This document shows positions 1-61,500 of a DNA stretch of 64,000 nucleotides, one piece after another. The stretch is taken from NCBI GenBank assembly GCA_002269645.1, contig NIVC01003970.1:1-64000 (forward strand), in the 5' to 3' direction. The position numbers were made by a program, and so were the translations under genes. How positions within the stretch are numbered: position 1 is the first letter of the stretch; each line of letters opens with the position of its first letter. The notes under the pieces are model-generated. The model was not told the DNA's origin. It made no database searches and was given only the letters and a program-made list of their open reading frames with translations. The DNA comes from Macrostomum lignano (taxonomy: Eukaryota).

Positions 1-362
1 AAGGAATGCCTTAGAGAAGCTTCAAATGATATTGCAATGACTTCTATATCTCGCAGCTAATCATGCAGTGTAGTATCATCAAAATTCTCAAAATTGTATC
101 GACTGTCGTAAGAGCCTTATCTTTATGAAGCCCCAATGTATACTTTACCTAAATATCTAGGATGCACATAAGTTGACTTTTATTTTATTTAGCTGGTTAA
201 GCCTGATCGAAGCATCAAGGAAATAGAAGGAACTCACGGGCTTCATTTATTCGTTCTGACAGCGAGCGCTTTCCTATGAAATTTTCAAAGATTCACTCGA
301 TTCGCTCGTAGTTACAATTTTCCCAGAAATCAGCAATTACTCCAAACCGAAACTGTTTTCAG

Positions 363-48006
<47,644 letters not shown>

Positions 48007-48070
48007 CTTTTGCTTTATGAGCTAGTTATAAAACAGTGAGTCAAGTGTTTTAAAAAAGAATTTTTACTAA

Positions 48071-48076
48071 AATAAA
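48071..48076 (+). terminator. Putative polyadenylation signal AATAAA
   Basis: 65 nt after the stop codon, followed by a GT/T-rich tract (gtgtttttgtttatttggttt). Confidence 0.5.
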
Positions 48077-49928
48077 ACGTGTTTTTGTTTATTTGGTTTC
48101 AAAAAAAATTTTTTTTTATCAGTTATTATGTTAAATCGACTAGCTCTTAAAAACGAATGGTTATAGCCATGAACACCACTGCGTTCTCGCGCAGGCAAAC
48201 AAAACACTTAGCAAAATACCCGCTTACCAAAATCACGCCCTTTTTATTATTCTTTAAAAAGGGAAGTAAGCAGAGAGAGGAGGGTTGGCCCATATTAGTA
48301 CACTAAAGGAGAGAAAAATAAATGCACAATTAAATAAGTAAAACCCCAAAAATATAACAAAAAATGAACCTCCAGAACAGTTACGTTGTAAAATACGAGT
48401 ATATGAATAAATAATTTAATTTTTTCATCCAATACAGATTTCCTCGTAATTAGGGCGGGATCAACCAGTTAACTCGTATCAACCAGTTTAGTAACCTCGA
48501 TCGTAATGGCAAAACTTGAGTAATACCAAAAATATGCCTTTTCTTATGAATCTTATCGAAAATTTAACATTTTTAGGCACACGTATTTCAGTGATTTGTC
48601 TTGACAATGAGCCTATGTTGTAGATTATTAAAGTTTATATCTGAACCAGATTCTTGGGTTAATAGAGCTACGTGACCAAACCTATGGCTGTGTTGGTTTT
48701 GCTACTTTTTTCTATCCGCGATATCGATTTGATCTAAAGTGTACTGAGCAGAAATCATTGCTATCCTATTTCCCAATATTGTCCGACAAAATAAAAACAT
48801 AGATTTGTATTTTTTACATGTCAGTGCAACTTTTCTGGCTGATAGAAAGATGCTCTTTTTGCTTTTTGCTTGAAAACCAATCTATAAATTTTGAACTAAT
48901 TCTGAAAAAACTCATTTTTAACTCTCTTCTGAACTTGCGATTTATGTTTACAACTACTAGCGTTGAGCGAGTGAAAACTCGTGTATGCAAATAATTTCCT
49001 CGAATTTAGAATCGATGCGGAGATGCGAATAACTTATAGTACGCGCGTAGTACTGCGGAACATTAATTAGAAGTGTACTTTTCCTTGATCTATTTTATTC
49101 AGAATTATGTCTACGAGTCTTTTATAAGCAATGGAGCCATTTTATCAATACAACTAAAAACCAATAATCTTTTTTTAAAGCTAAATTTTCCTACAAATGA
49201 TTTTCGAGGACAATGCCGTGGTCTGCATACGACTTTTTCACGTTATTTGTCTGTTAAACCCGTGACTGCTGGCAGGACGGTCTTTCCTCACCAGCCTATG
49301 AGTACGTGCTGTTGACAGTTAGTGCCGAAAAGCTTTCAAGGATGCCACACAAGGATGCTGTGTAGCATCTCTAAGTCAATCGCAAAGCCGCGATTTCTAA
49401 TCCAATCACAGCGGGGAGAGCAGCACACCGCTCTGATTTTCAATAAAGCAGGGGGCTATGTAAATAGAAGGTATGTCGCTGATGCTCTGCACAGGAATGC
49501 TTCTTCATTTGGCTACAATAATTTTGAGTTAGAGGTGCAAAGATCTGAATCGCAGTCTTTAGTACTACTGAGTGTTTGACAACTCTAACTGTACTCATGA
49601 ACCACTAGAAAGAACCAATCGAATTTAGTCAATCAGCTCAAGATAATTCTGGCTCAGATTTCCAACATTCGGATTAAAACTACAATGCTCTACATATAGA
49701 CTTACTAGCCCGAGCAAAGGACAGCAATTTGAATTAGCGTTAAATTACTTTTGAGCTACAAACGCCAATTATATTTTATTTTATTGTTTAGCTATCCCCA
49801 GGTGTGATCAATCAATCCAAGAAGCCGATTTAGTATGGCTAAATAAAACACCCACTGAGTTATTGGGAGTGAAGGTGAGGGACTGTTGGGCGCTCCCTGC
49901 GTGAATGTCCCGCATGCATGGTGAACAG

Positions 49929-52312
49929 AATTTAATCGACCCTGATCAATTGAGTCTGCGGCTACTTCTCTTGACTGTCTGCCCTCCTGGGGTTGCAGCG
50001 AGAGGGGTGGATAGCTCACATCCATTTACCTTTGCGAGGTACCGTCTTTAAGCGAGGACAGAGAGGAAAAGCGATCGGAAAACGAGCATGGGCCACTAAA
50101 TGCCCTTTATAAAATTCAAACAAACAAACTTCAACACCCGTTTTTCCTACTTCACCTTAAATCCGTATAATGCTCGCACGACTGCCAGTTAAATTGAGTT
50201 TCTTAACCGGATATTACCGCTAAAACCATATTTTTATTTATACCCTCGCACACTCGTATTTACACTTTATTTGCACTAGAATATTGTATACCGCAACCAT
50301 ATATTGTAATAGCAGGGGTAGGTAGCCAATTAGCTAAAGTTCCTATCGACAATAAGCTTATCTCGTAATTGACGACAAATTCTTTTTGAGCCAAAACTGC
50401 CAATTAAATTTTAAATCATTGTAAGCTATTCTTGAGCGTAGTGACGTGATCAATCAATTAAAGAAAAAGATCCGCATTTTCCACACAGCCAATTAAGCTA
50501 ATTAAGATTCAACAGTTGAGTGGCAAAGCCTGTTGCCGCTGCAATGTTACTTGTGGAGGGGGAGTTTTTGGAATTTCATGCGCAGTCTGTGCTGTTGACA
50601 ATCCTGGGATAGTGTCACATTTGGTATTTTAAAGCCAAAGTGAAGTGAAACGAAAGCGCCGTTAGCAAGAGGATGGGAGAAATCAGCCGACACGCATTTC
50701 TTGCGTCCAGCCAAGCGTCCAGCCTTGGCAACAACTCCCCAGATACACAAGATCTTCATGCCTAAAAATAGCCCTGATGATCGGCGAGCGAGAAGCCCAG
50801 CGATGCGACCCTCGCATGATGCACGAATCTCCTCTGGCCGACGGCTCCTATTGGGCCTCCACATTCCACTGTGTTCCCCTATTCCTCCTTGCTCGAGTAC
50901 TGTGTGTTACATGTAGCTTATAAAATACGAGCTATACTGATTGAAGAGGAAAGATCCTCGCCCCCTGAAGTTTGAGAATGTGACTCTAGAGATCACACAG
51001 AGAAAGTACCATCGAGTCCATTGTTCGTTGTCTTCCTGAACTGTTTACAGAAGGAAACGATTATATGGGAAAAAACCCCGTATAAATTGTTGTTTCAAAA
51101 GCAAGGCAGACAGAGCACATGAATAGAAAACCCGGAGCATCTCATCCCCAATGCACGACGCATACCGCACCCCTAACACCTTCGCAGCGGGACAGAGGCA
51201 CCGGCCTCAGCCAGTTAAACCGATTACAGAGCAGGCAAAAACTGGCCCTGGGATCGTACATTACAGACGTGGGATTTAGGTCATTAAGTTGAGTCGTTAT
51301 TTGGTATTTGTCTAAATGGTTGCCCGTTGCCTCAGGCTCCAATCCCTGCAAGAAAAAGCTCCGCTCTCCCCGAAACTAGTACGAAATCGGCTCGGGCAGG
51401 CAAAATGGCTTCGTCCCCTCAGAACCGGTATTGGACTGGCTCGGGCAAGCAAAATGGAGCTTCGTCCCCTCAGAACCGGTATTGGACTGGCTCAGGCAGG
51501 CAAAATGGAGCTTCGTCCCCTCAGAACCGGTATTGGACTGGCTCAGGCAGGCAAAATGGAGCTTCGTCCCCTCAGAACCGGTATTGGACTGGCTCAGGCA
51601 GGCAAAATGGAGCTTCGTCCCTCAGAACCGGTATTGGACTGGCTCAGGCAGGCAAAATGGAGCTTCGTCCCCTCAGAACCGGTATTGGACTGGCTCAGGC
51701 AGGCAAAATGGAGCTTCGTCCCCTCAGAACCGGTATTGGACTGGCTCAGGCAGGCAAAATGGAGCTTCGTCCCCTCAGAACCGGTATTCGAATGGCTATA
51801 CGTAAGGTTCAATGCATTTCTAGCCTTCCTCATCTCCGTGGTCCGTGGTTCTGCAGTCCGCCCCATCTCTTCGCTCTAATTTTGCTGGCGCTCCTCACTG
51901 TGGGTTGTAATTCAGTTATCCCTACTTTATCTATCTTTCCAGGTATAAAATTTCTAGCATCCCCTGTTGCCTCTCTGTCCTATTTTGCAAGCACATAATT
52001 ATTCCACTGTAAAACTAATTGTATTGTAATATAATGTGTAATATATATTAGAATAATATATGCATTCATACATGTAGGCTATCGCAGCAGGAAGCTACAT
52101 TGTCAAATTTAAACTCCTTCTCAGCTGAGGCAACCCTCCGTCTGTGACAGCGCAAAAGACAATAAAAATATTTTTCATGCCCCGACGGGAGTTGAACAGA
52201 TGAAGCCAATTTAATCGACCAATTGAGTATGCGGCCACTTCTCTTGACTGTCCGCCCTCCTGGGTTTGAGCGAGAGGGATGGATATCTCACATTCAGTTA
52301 CCTTAGCAACCA
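49929..52312. repeat. Pair of diverged ~105-bp direct repeats (49929-50035 and 52208-52312)
   Basis: Both contain AATTTAATCGACC...AATTGAGT.TGCGGC.ACTTCTCTTGACTGTC.GCCCTCCTGGG.TTG..GCGAGAGGG.TGGATA.CTCACAT. Confidence 0.75.
51389..51788 (+). repeat. 51-bp minisatellite, about 7.8 copies
   Basis: Unit CTTCGTCCCCTCAGAACCGGTATTGGACTGGCTCAGGCAGGCAAAATGGAG; one copy lacks a C. No spacers. Confidence 0.93.
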
Positions 52313-52364
52313 TTTGTACACCCTTTTTATTTATATAGTCAACTGGTAAACGTTAGCCTAATGC

Positions 52365-52394
52365 TATATAGAGCTCATGCAACCCGACGCAGTC
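52365..52394 (+). promoter_or_regulatory. Possible TATA box and initiator for copy B
   Basis: TATATAG at 52365, a CAGTC Inr-like motif about 26 nt downstream, and the signal-peptide ATG about 110 nt further on. Motif match only. Confidence 0.25.
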
Positions 52395-52503
52395 GTGCAT
52401 ACGTGTTCAACCAACTGAAGCACTACAAAACCGTTTTATTCAATTGAAAAAAAATTGAAATTGAAAAGTTGCTGTAGAGAGACAAAAAATTCGGCGAGCA
52501 AAA

Positions 52504-52582
52504 ATGCTGCGCGCCACTTTTCTACTGCTATTCACCTGTTTGCTACTGCTGGCAGTCGTACTGGAAAGCCAGGCTAAGTACT
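52504..52582 (+). CDS. First exon, encoding a signal peptide
   Basis: MLRATFLLLFTCLLLLAVVLESQAKY followed by a GTAAGT donor. Its phase 1 matches the C-type lectin exon at 53607 (FCTPPWTQHFERC). Confidence 0.8.
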
Positions 52583-55500
52583 GTAAGTACTGCTGCTGAG
52601 ATTCTTTTTAAAAATAGATGGCTAAATCTTCAAATTGGCTAAATCTAGCTATCTACATGTAAACTACAAGTAAGAATAATGCTTTACTGCATAGTCTACT
52701 GATTGCAGTATGTTAATACATAACAGGTTTGGGTAAAAGTATCTTTTAAATAATTTGAAGTTCGTGGCTTAAGCTTTTCAATAAAAACGACAACTACTGA
52801 AGCTAAAAAAGTATATCCAAGGACCACTTGAAGATTACGTTATAGTCCCGTCGGTCTACTTTAGTAGTCCGTGGTTATATCATGAAAGGGTAATCTATTA
52901 AACATACTTGTATCTATATAGTCAATAGTCACAACTAGCATTTTGTAAGGAGGTCAGGTGAGCAGCCAACGGCACATCCGCTGCGATTGTGCAGCGCATC
53001 TGAGCGCTGTTTGTGCTATGCGCTGCAGTGTTAAAACTGTTGTCAATCCTAACTCCAACTCCGTTTTTCTATCGCAGATTGAGCTGAAGCGAAGCAAAAC
53101 TTTCTGTCAGATTTATCCACAGAATTGACAATAATTATCCTTTCTTCCTAATTTCCTCTATGTAATTTTGCATTTAGTTGTCCCCAATTGGGCCGTTTTA
53201 CTTTCCTGTTGGGTGCATGATCTATTTAGAGCGTATAATTTTTTCACGATCGATATTTTAGACATCTGCGTGCGCGTGGCGAACGAAGAGGTCCAGTTTA
53301 CGAGCTATTACTTTAAATATATAGTCTGCCCCTCGCCTCGGTTTATTGCCTTCATTCTATCTCTCTCCGACTTCACGACCGCCTGTTGCTAAATTTGGCT
53401 TTAAGTGCTAGTCATTTCCGTCTTCCTTATTTGTCCTACTAAGCTCACGATGCCTATTTTAAAGTTTGATGACTCTAATATGCTAGAATAGGGAGAATAC
53501 GCTACCCTACTTAGCTAGCAACCCAGTAGATCTTATTCAATTAGTATAACCTACTTGAAATGACTAGTTCTCTATCCACCACTTGTCACTGCTCTGAAAC
53601 CCGCAGTCTGCACGCCTCCGTGGACTCAGCACTTCGAACGCTGCATCCGTCTGTTCACCAGCGGCATCGGCCAGCCTGCCGCTGCAGCCAGCTGTGCCGG
53701 AATGGGAAAATCTGGAACTCTATTTGCCCCGAGATCGAGGGAAGATCTTACAATACTTGGTCAAGTCGAATGGCTCCACTGGAACATTTGGGTTGGGGTC
53801 ACCAGGAACGTCTCGCATAACAACCGGTTCTTTGACTCTGAGGGAAATCCAGTTCCGGACGATCTGTTCTATCTCGGGTTGACCGATGGAGGTGGGCTCG
53901 ATTGCGCCTCCTACAACACGGATTTTAGCCGTTTGTACCTTCAAAACTGCTCAATGAAGCAGTATTTTCTGTGCCAGACACCGGCTATGACTACTAATGG
54001 TGAGAAAACTATTAGTATGTACAATGCAGCTTTGAAAAACAATACCCAATATTACCCAAAATATCCAATGTTCCAGATACATGCTCTCCATCATTTTTGA
54101 CACTCGCAACCGATATCGACGTTAGTGGAAGCGATGATGGCATAAACGAATTCACAGGATTGGCATCTTACGGTCCGCTGTATTTTTTCTATCAAATTCA
54201 AAACGGAAATTCTGATGCTTTTGGAATGACGTACTGTGGAGTGAGTTCCAGAAATGCGTGAACGTACAATAAAATTATTTTGCAACTTTTATGCTTGTTA
54301 CAATTTATTTATTTTACTAATTACCAATGAAAAACTGGACAGGCAAGTGCGTGCGGTTCGATTGCGAGAGACAGATACAAGTTCTGGCGAACCAGCGGTG
54401 CCTCGTATCCATTGGCCACTACAGGGTCATCGAGCTGGAGGGCGTACGAATATATTTGTTTGAGTAAGCCAGCAGATAAAAGTTTCCTTGCTTATGGGCC
54501 AACCCCCAAGGCGCAGTGAAGTGTACATGCGTAACGATAAATAAAGTCAGGGCCGCTGTAAACTCCCGTGTGAGTGTGTGCCTGTGCGTATGACTGCGTA
54601 CGTATTCGCGCGCTTGTGTGCCTCTTCAGGGGGTCGGCAGAATGGGCAGTAATGCCTCTCGCCGGTTGTGTGACAATGAGGCTTAAAGTGCGCCAGGTTG
54701 CACACAGCTTCTAATAAAAAAGGGTGGCAAAAAACTTTCATCGGCAAAGCTTGCACTAAATGACAAGGATCTTTTATTAAAACTGTTTAGAGATTTTATT
54801 AGAGATAAAAATGACTCGCAAAAAAAAAATTCGCAAAGCTTTCTAGATATTTTACTTCCTAGAAAAAAGTTTATTTAATATCAATTTGTTTATTATCTAC
54901 GAGCCAGACGCTTGTCAATTTCCAAACTCTGAATTTACTTTGTCGAACCTGATCTGTACACTGCAGTTGACAGCCATTGGAACTTATTTCAGTAATGTAT
55001 AGGGATTTTCGCAAATTTATGTTAGAGTCATTTTTCCCTATCTAAATCTAGGTTAGGTTTCATTATTTAAACCAAATTCAGATCCAGTTTTGAAACAAAC
55101 AAAAAATTATTTGTAAGTAGCAGAATTAGTATATTCCTGTTTTCTGACAAGTTTTACACCTTCATTTGTCACATGGATTCATTGCCTGAACGGCACTGGA
55201 ACCCTGACAAATGCTGCTGCTCATGGCGGGATGGCTGAGATGTCAAGTCTCACAAGGGAATTGCTGAGATTTTTCAAGACTTATGAGGTGATTACTGAAA
55301 TCCTTTGGCTCATGGGGGATGCCAGGGGTCGATTGGGAGTTGTTGGTAGGCCAAGCATCAAATGGAGAGTTGGGATTAAAGAGACGCTTTAATGTCAAAG
55401 TTCGTAAGGACTGATGCTTTTTGCTTAAAACATCATTTTCCCTTAGACACTAACAAAAGCGACTGTACAAGATCATAAAGGGGAATTGCTGAAATGCATT

Positions 55501-58500
55501 TTGAATTACGACTATAAATGAGCCAGTGAGCCATTCTGCATGGTTAAAACTGAATGATAATTCAATTCTAAGGTAATCAATTCCAAGGCAATTCTAAGGA
55601 ATGGGGTCAATTCAAGGGAATGAGGGGTCAATTCAAAGAATTGGGGTCAATTTAGCGGGATTGGGGGTTCATTCAGGGAAATAAAGGTCTCGAGCGTACT
55701 TCGAAAATCAGTCTTAACCTCTAACCCCTGATCCCTTGCTGATTAGACAGACGATTGAAATGAGTTTATACCCTATTCCTATATCCTATCCTGTATCCTG
55801 TATCCTATTCTCTGAGCATTTTCTACAAAAATCAATATAAATGCATTATATTTTTCGTTCTTACGCTTAAACCTGGCCTATGACTAAAAATACTTTCTAT
55901 TGCAGAAGATGGAGAACGAATTCCTCTGCTCTTTGGCATCCCAGGAAAACTGAATGTCAGCTTCACCGCTTCATCTTTTATCAACTACGCCAGACCTGAG
56001 TACGTGCTACTAAATAACACCTTTAGGACTGGAAGTAAGCATCACAAATTTTTCACAATTTCATCCGAATATATGACGCGCGGGCGTTCGAATACATTTT
56101 TTATACTCATACTAACGCAGGTCACCGAGTGTGCAAATGGTACCGGGAGTACTACGGCGATCTGGACGTGAATCAGAACGGCGAAGCCTGCATTCCGTAC
56201 AGCGCCTGGCCCGCTGCCACAAATAAGTGCAGGACATGTGAGCTGGCATCATTTGTCAACTATTTTAGTACTACCTATGCAGGCGCACTTTGGCTATAAA
56301 TACCGCAAAACCATATTTTCAGCATCCTTGTCGATAACTTGCGTTAACAGTGCTGTTTCCCGGGTAGCTTGTGAAGTGCCGGATTGCTGTAAGAATCAAT
56401 ACTTACTTTTTTGGAACTCATTTCTATTTAAATATTAAATCCTATTCAAATTTATCAACTAATTTTAAGCGGAATTTTAACATAAAAAGTTTATTGAAGT
56501 ATTCACAATTCCCAGCAACCAGAACCTACTCAAGCGTGAACTACTACAGTGGAAGGGGAATGCAGAGCATGTTCGCTGAGTTTTTCATGAACAAGAAAGT
56601 GAAGCTGTCATACACATACGAAACCAGCGGCTTCAGTCTTATTCAGACTAGCAACTACGAGTCAACTGTGACAGCTGAAAGCATCTACTACGTACTGATT
56701 GACTTGAAGACTCCAACGTTTGTTACACTCATAATTCCTTACACTACCTCAGGTATGTTTTGCCTAACAGTGTTTTGAAGTCAGGCACAGGACACAAACA
56801 GCTAGTGTAAAATATGCAAATTATGTTTTCAGTAAATCAAATGAAATGCATCTGGTCCGGAGTGTCGAACACGTGGAACTCCAGTCTGGACGAAGCGGCC
56901 TTCGACGGTTGGACGTCGTGCGGTGTTCAAGAGAGAGCTGACCCAAGCGACGGCCATTTGTTCTTCCACTGCCCGCCTGGCACCATCGGCAGATACGCGG
57001 TGATTACTAGGAGAAAGAGCTGCGGCTACCACACTGTTGACCAAGTGAAGATTTACGGAGATCACTGTAAGTCCGTTCAGGCAGAAAAATAGGGACAGAT
57101 GCTTCAAGTAAAATACGAAAAGTGGGATTTCAATTAAAACAAATGTTTTCAGATTACGACGTAAACTTCATCCCCGGAAGCTCATTCGTCAACCGGATCC
57201 CTGAGTCAATGGAAAAGGACCTGCAGACAAATAGGAACGTCACATTTTCCACCCTGATTCGGGACACATACGCAGACTTCTTCCTCACCGCGGGAACAAC
57301 ATACAGCAGCATGCTTGATCAGGTACGAGTTGTATTGGTTTAACTTTCTGGAAGGAATGCCTTAGAAAAGTTCAAATGATATTGCAATGACTTCTATATC
57401 TCGCAGCTAATCATGCAGTGTAGTATCATCAAACATTCTCAAAATTTTATTGACTGTCGTAAGAGCCTTATCTTTAAGCACAGCTAGAATGCACCTCAAC
57501 TTTAAATTTTTTCTGCTTATACGTTCAATAAAGCACTACAGCTTATGAAGCCCCAATGTATACTTTACCTAAATATCTAGGATGCACATAAGTTGACTTT
57601 TATTTTATTTAGCTGGTTAAGCCTGATCGAAGCATCAAGGAAATAGAAGGAACTCAGGGCTTCACTTATTCGTTCTGACAGCGAGCGCTTTCCTATGAAA
57701 TTTTCGAAGATTCACCCAATTAGCGTGTAGTTACAATTTTCCAAGAAATCAGCAATTACTCCAAACCGAAACTGTTTTCAGAGAATCCGGTTTCGACTCA
57801 CTGGGGACTCCGCATCGAACGTGCTGTGGATCTCGAACGGCTGGGTGCTGAACAAAGCCATCAGCTCCAGCGAGATCCCACTGAACGCGGTGTTTCTCCT
57901 CAACAAGACGAGCACCCTTGCTCAGATGGGAAGTCAGAACGTATTCGACTTTCACGATTTGTCGTTCAAGTTTGAGTACAACAGCAGCGCTGATGAGAAT
58001 CTCACCATTGAAGCCTACATCGATTCGACTCTAGTGGGCGTGTTTTCCGACCCGAGCGATGCCGTCAACTTCACCATAAACTCTGCCGGCTTCTCCAAGA
58101 AGCCGAGCGACACCGAGTACAACGGAGTGGCGGTGCAGTTCCCTGGCGTGCCGAGTGAGCAATTTGAGCTGGTTTGTACTAAAATATTATTATCTTCATG
58201 GTATCCTCATGTACTCTTTTATTTCAGACTCAATCAATTCTGGGTTTTGGCAGCCGTCTTCTTTTTTTCAAGACTATCAAGACTGGCATCAGGTTGGCTT
58301 TTTTGCTCTTTTTCCGTTACATTTCACTAAAGAAAAGCTATATAGAATAGATACATTTTTCAGGTAACCTTCACATCCCTGGTATGGGTTTACTACGCTG
58401 GGTACGGCCGGGGCTCGGACTCTGCTGATCAAGACCTGGGAGCCAGAGAAGCTTACCGACTTTGGTCTGCTGACCTCAAAACTTGGATTCCTCTTGACAT

Positions 58501-61500
58501 CGGTGTCGATGGCTATAGCGTGCCAATTTTCATCAGCACTAGTGTCTGGCATACAAATTTTATTTCGATGAAGCCGCCAAAGCTATTACTGGGGATGCGG
58601 CATATTCAAGCAGAGCTCAGCGGGAACTACCAATTAAGGTTCATGTTGTATGGAAGGCTAGCCGATGGTAAGCTTTGCTTCTGGATTTACAAGTTACGAT
58701 TATGTTCACTTTGAGGGCTTTCCTGTCTAATAGGCACTGAAATAATTTGAGTAATACTACTAGTAATACTCATACTTAGTAATAATATTTGAGCAATAGT
58801 ATCATTTAAAGTAGTTGCATGTTAAAGGATGTCCATATCTATAGTGTTAGAAATTCCAGTCAAACTGCTTTTTGTATGCAGATTGATTGTTGAAATTTAT
58901 AAAAAATGTAGTAACCACTCATAAAAACTTAAAAAATTTCATGTACTTCGTCGACTGATCCTTGCAGAGATAAACGGAGGCGCTCAATTTCCATGGCTGA
59001 TCTCTCGAAACCAGCCGGTCCAGCTTTCTTCTCAATACAGCAGCACCCATCCTGGATACAGGGCCACGGATGGTGTGACAAATACGTACGGTAATACACA
59101 TTCTTACTTCATCGTCACATCGAGCAGTGTACTGCGATGGGCCTATGTGGACATGATTGTACCAAGGAACCTCTCCTATGTCGTTGTCTACACAAGGAAC
59201 GCTGGAGATGCCCGTAAGATGGCTTTACTTTAGTTTGATAGAGCCGTGAAAATTATCATACATATAACCAAATGTTCATAATACGAGTATGCTTCATTGA
59301 AAACTTTCAAGCAGACTAATTCTCTACGAAAAGCGTTTTGAACTGCATTGCAGATATTTACACTATCCGGAACACCGAGTACTTTGCTCAACTGTCCCTT
59401 ATGGCTGGAATTCCCACATTTGCTGAAGCTGACCTGTGCTATCGTCAGGGCAACACGTATCAAAAGCCCGATGATTTAAAGTACATTGACTACTTGATGT
59501 TTCCGTGTCAGAAAGTGAGTTTGCACTCAACTTATTGAGTGGAATAGTAATTAGAGTATTTTATTTTGAGCGCTTTTTCTCACCTGGTGAATTATTCAGA
59601 GCGCGCAGTACCTTACGGTACGCAAAAACGATGGAATCTCGGAGTACTTGAGCATCGCTGAAATTGAGGTTTTCGGAACTCTGCATGGTTAGTTTTGCGT
59701 GACTTAATAAATAAGCGTAGGGTACTCGTACTCTAACAAAAAAATTTGATAGCTCACTATTTGACTTCAATTTCTTTTAGCCGATCCGCAGCTGAACGCC
59801 CTGGCCCAGATGCCGATGGGTCTGGGCGAGTTCGTTCACTTCGAGTGGATGGTGTCAGGCAACACGCAGAACCTGGGAGGCCTCTTCTCCCTGCCCCTGT
59901 CAGCTGCCGAGACTCCGTTCGTAGAAAGTGCCCTGCGATTTGAGTCACTCGGCACGACAGAATCCTATGTTCGATTCTACTTCCCCATCAGCATGACTGT
60001 CACCGGCATGATTGCTCAGGGCAGCGGCAAGCGCTCCAAAGGCTTGCGCGGCAGCCCTAATAGCTACAGGCTGCGTTATTCATTGAATAAAAATTATTTG
60101 AAAATGCAAAACGTACTGGACCAGGCAAATAACATAGTGAGTGATTTTTTGTTGTGAGCAATGTCCGGTTTCGTCTACTGATAAGTAGAAAGTATAGACT
60201 ATGGCGCGAAAAACTTACAGGGCGGGCAAAGAAATGTTGCCTTGCGAGAGCACTGAATAAATTTGGTAGTTTTACTCGTAGTAGCGTAATGCATGATTCA
60301 TAAATGTATTAGACCCTGCAGCGTAATTTGAATGAAGCTGTTGGAAGACAATAGTAATTTTCATAAATCTGAAACCTCAATTTCAGATTACATTCCAAAC
60401 GATTCGTTACGCTGACACCATTTCTGGAATAAACTACTTGCCGAGACCAATAGAGACACAGCTGCTCGAGGCAATTCTGACCAGCAGCTGGAGTTCGAAT
60501 AGTTGGAAGCTTGAGATACTGGGATTTCCATCGGCTACTCGTAAGTTCTGATGAGCATATTACAATTCAGTAAAAATGTTGGGATTGTAACAAGGACCAT
60601 TAGAAGTTACTATGGTATCAGGACGTAGCACGCTCAAAGTCGTATTACAAAAGCGAGTCTTTAAAACGATCTGAAATGTGCAAGTGTTACGTCCTGATAT
60701 AACGGTAACTTCTAGTGGTCCTTGGATTGTATTTGTACATGTATGTACCGCATCAATTTTTTGTGTTGCTTCGTGGTTCTATATGTGATACATCAGTCAC
60801 AAAAAGAGTAATTTTACCATTCGCACTCAAGTACTGACTATTCTGTAAACAGATTTAGTATTTCAGTATACTGTGGCGGCCCAATCAGCACGCAGCCAGC
60901 GATTGCGAGTACATCTGCACTGAAACCCCCTGCCCGCCAGGCTGGGGGGTGGGTGTACTCGGGCAGACAGTCAGTATGCTAAGTCGGGGGGGGGGGGGGT
61001 TGGCCTTCAATCGCGCCACCTTTTTGGCGCACCTCCCCATGTGATCGCGTGCTTATTTATACTTACCGCGTAAAGCAAATAAACTTTCACATTTCTCGCT
61101 TGCAACTTACTTCGTTTTCGCAAGCCGCTAAAATACAAAAAAACTTAGGCCAGTAAGGAGATTTTTGGATACGCGGCTGTTACCTCGGGCACCGAGAAGC
61201 AATTCCTGGCTCTCGGTCTGGTGTGCCCCGGAATCGCACTCTTCCCCTCCCCACCGCGTCTGAGCCGAACCTATCTATAGTTGCACTCCACCTCCCCATT
61301 CTTTCTGCAGCGGCCTCTGCGTACCAAATTCTGTGTTTCTGCGTTTCCCGGGCAAACTTAGAGAATTGAGAATTGATATGTTTTATATTCATTGGACATC
61401 AGCACCATTGGATCTTTGTAGCCTGGGGCTTAGCTAGTGATCCCACCCATGTTTTGTGTGATCGAAAGCCGTCCGCGGTTTGTTTCAACAAATCTGAATA

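Noticed and set aside
193-285. Possible extra exon (LVKPDRSIKEIE...) after a TTTAG
   Set aside because: No GT donor before the stop, a 1-nt indel between copies, and the flanking exons already join in phase 0.
50770-50810. Hammerhead ribozyme suggested by CTGATGA...GAAG
   Set aside because: GAAA is not present and I could not form stems I and III around a cleavage triplet.
51120-51300. ZZ-type or gag-like zinc finger on the minus strand
   Set aside because: Cysteine spacing needs stops and frameshifts to fit; too degenerate to call.
51316-51998. Three overlapping ORFs (187, 223 and 124 aa) as a protein-coding gene
   Set aside because: They arise from a stop-free 51-bp minisatellite, have no recognisable domain, and a 1-nt deletion scrambles the frames.
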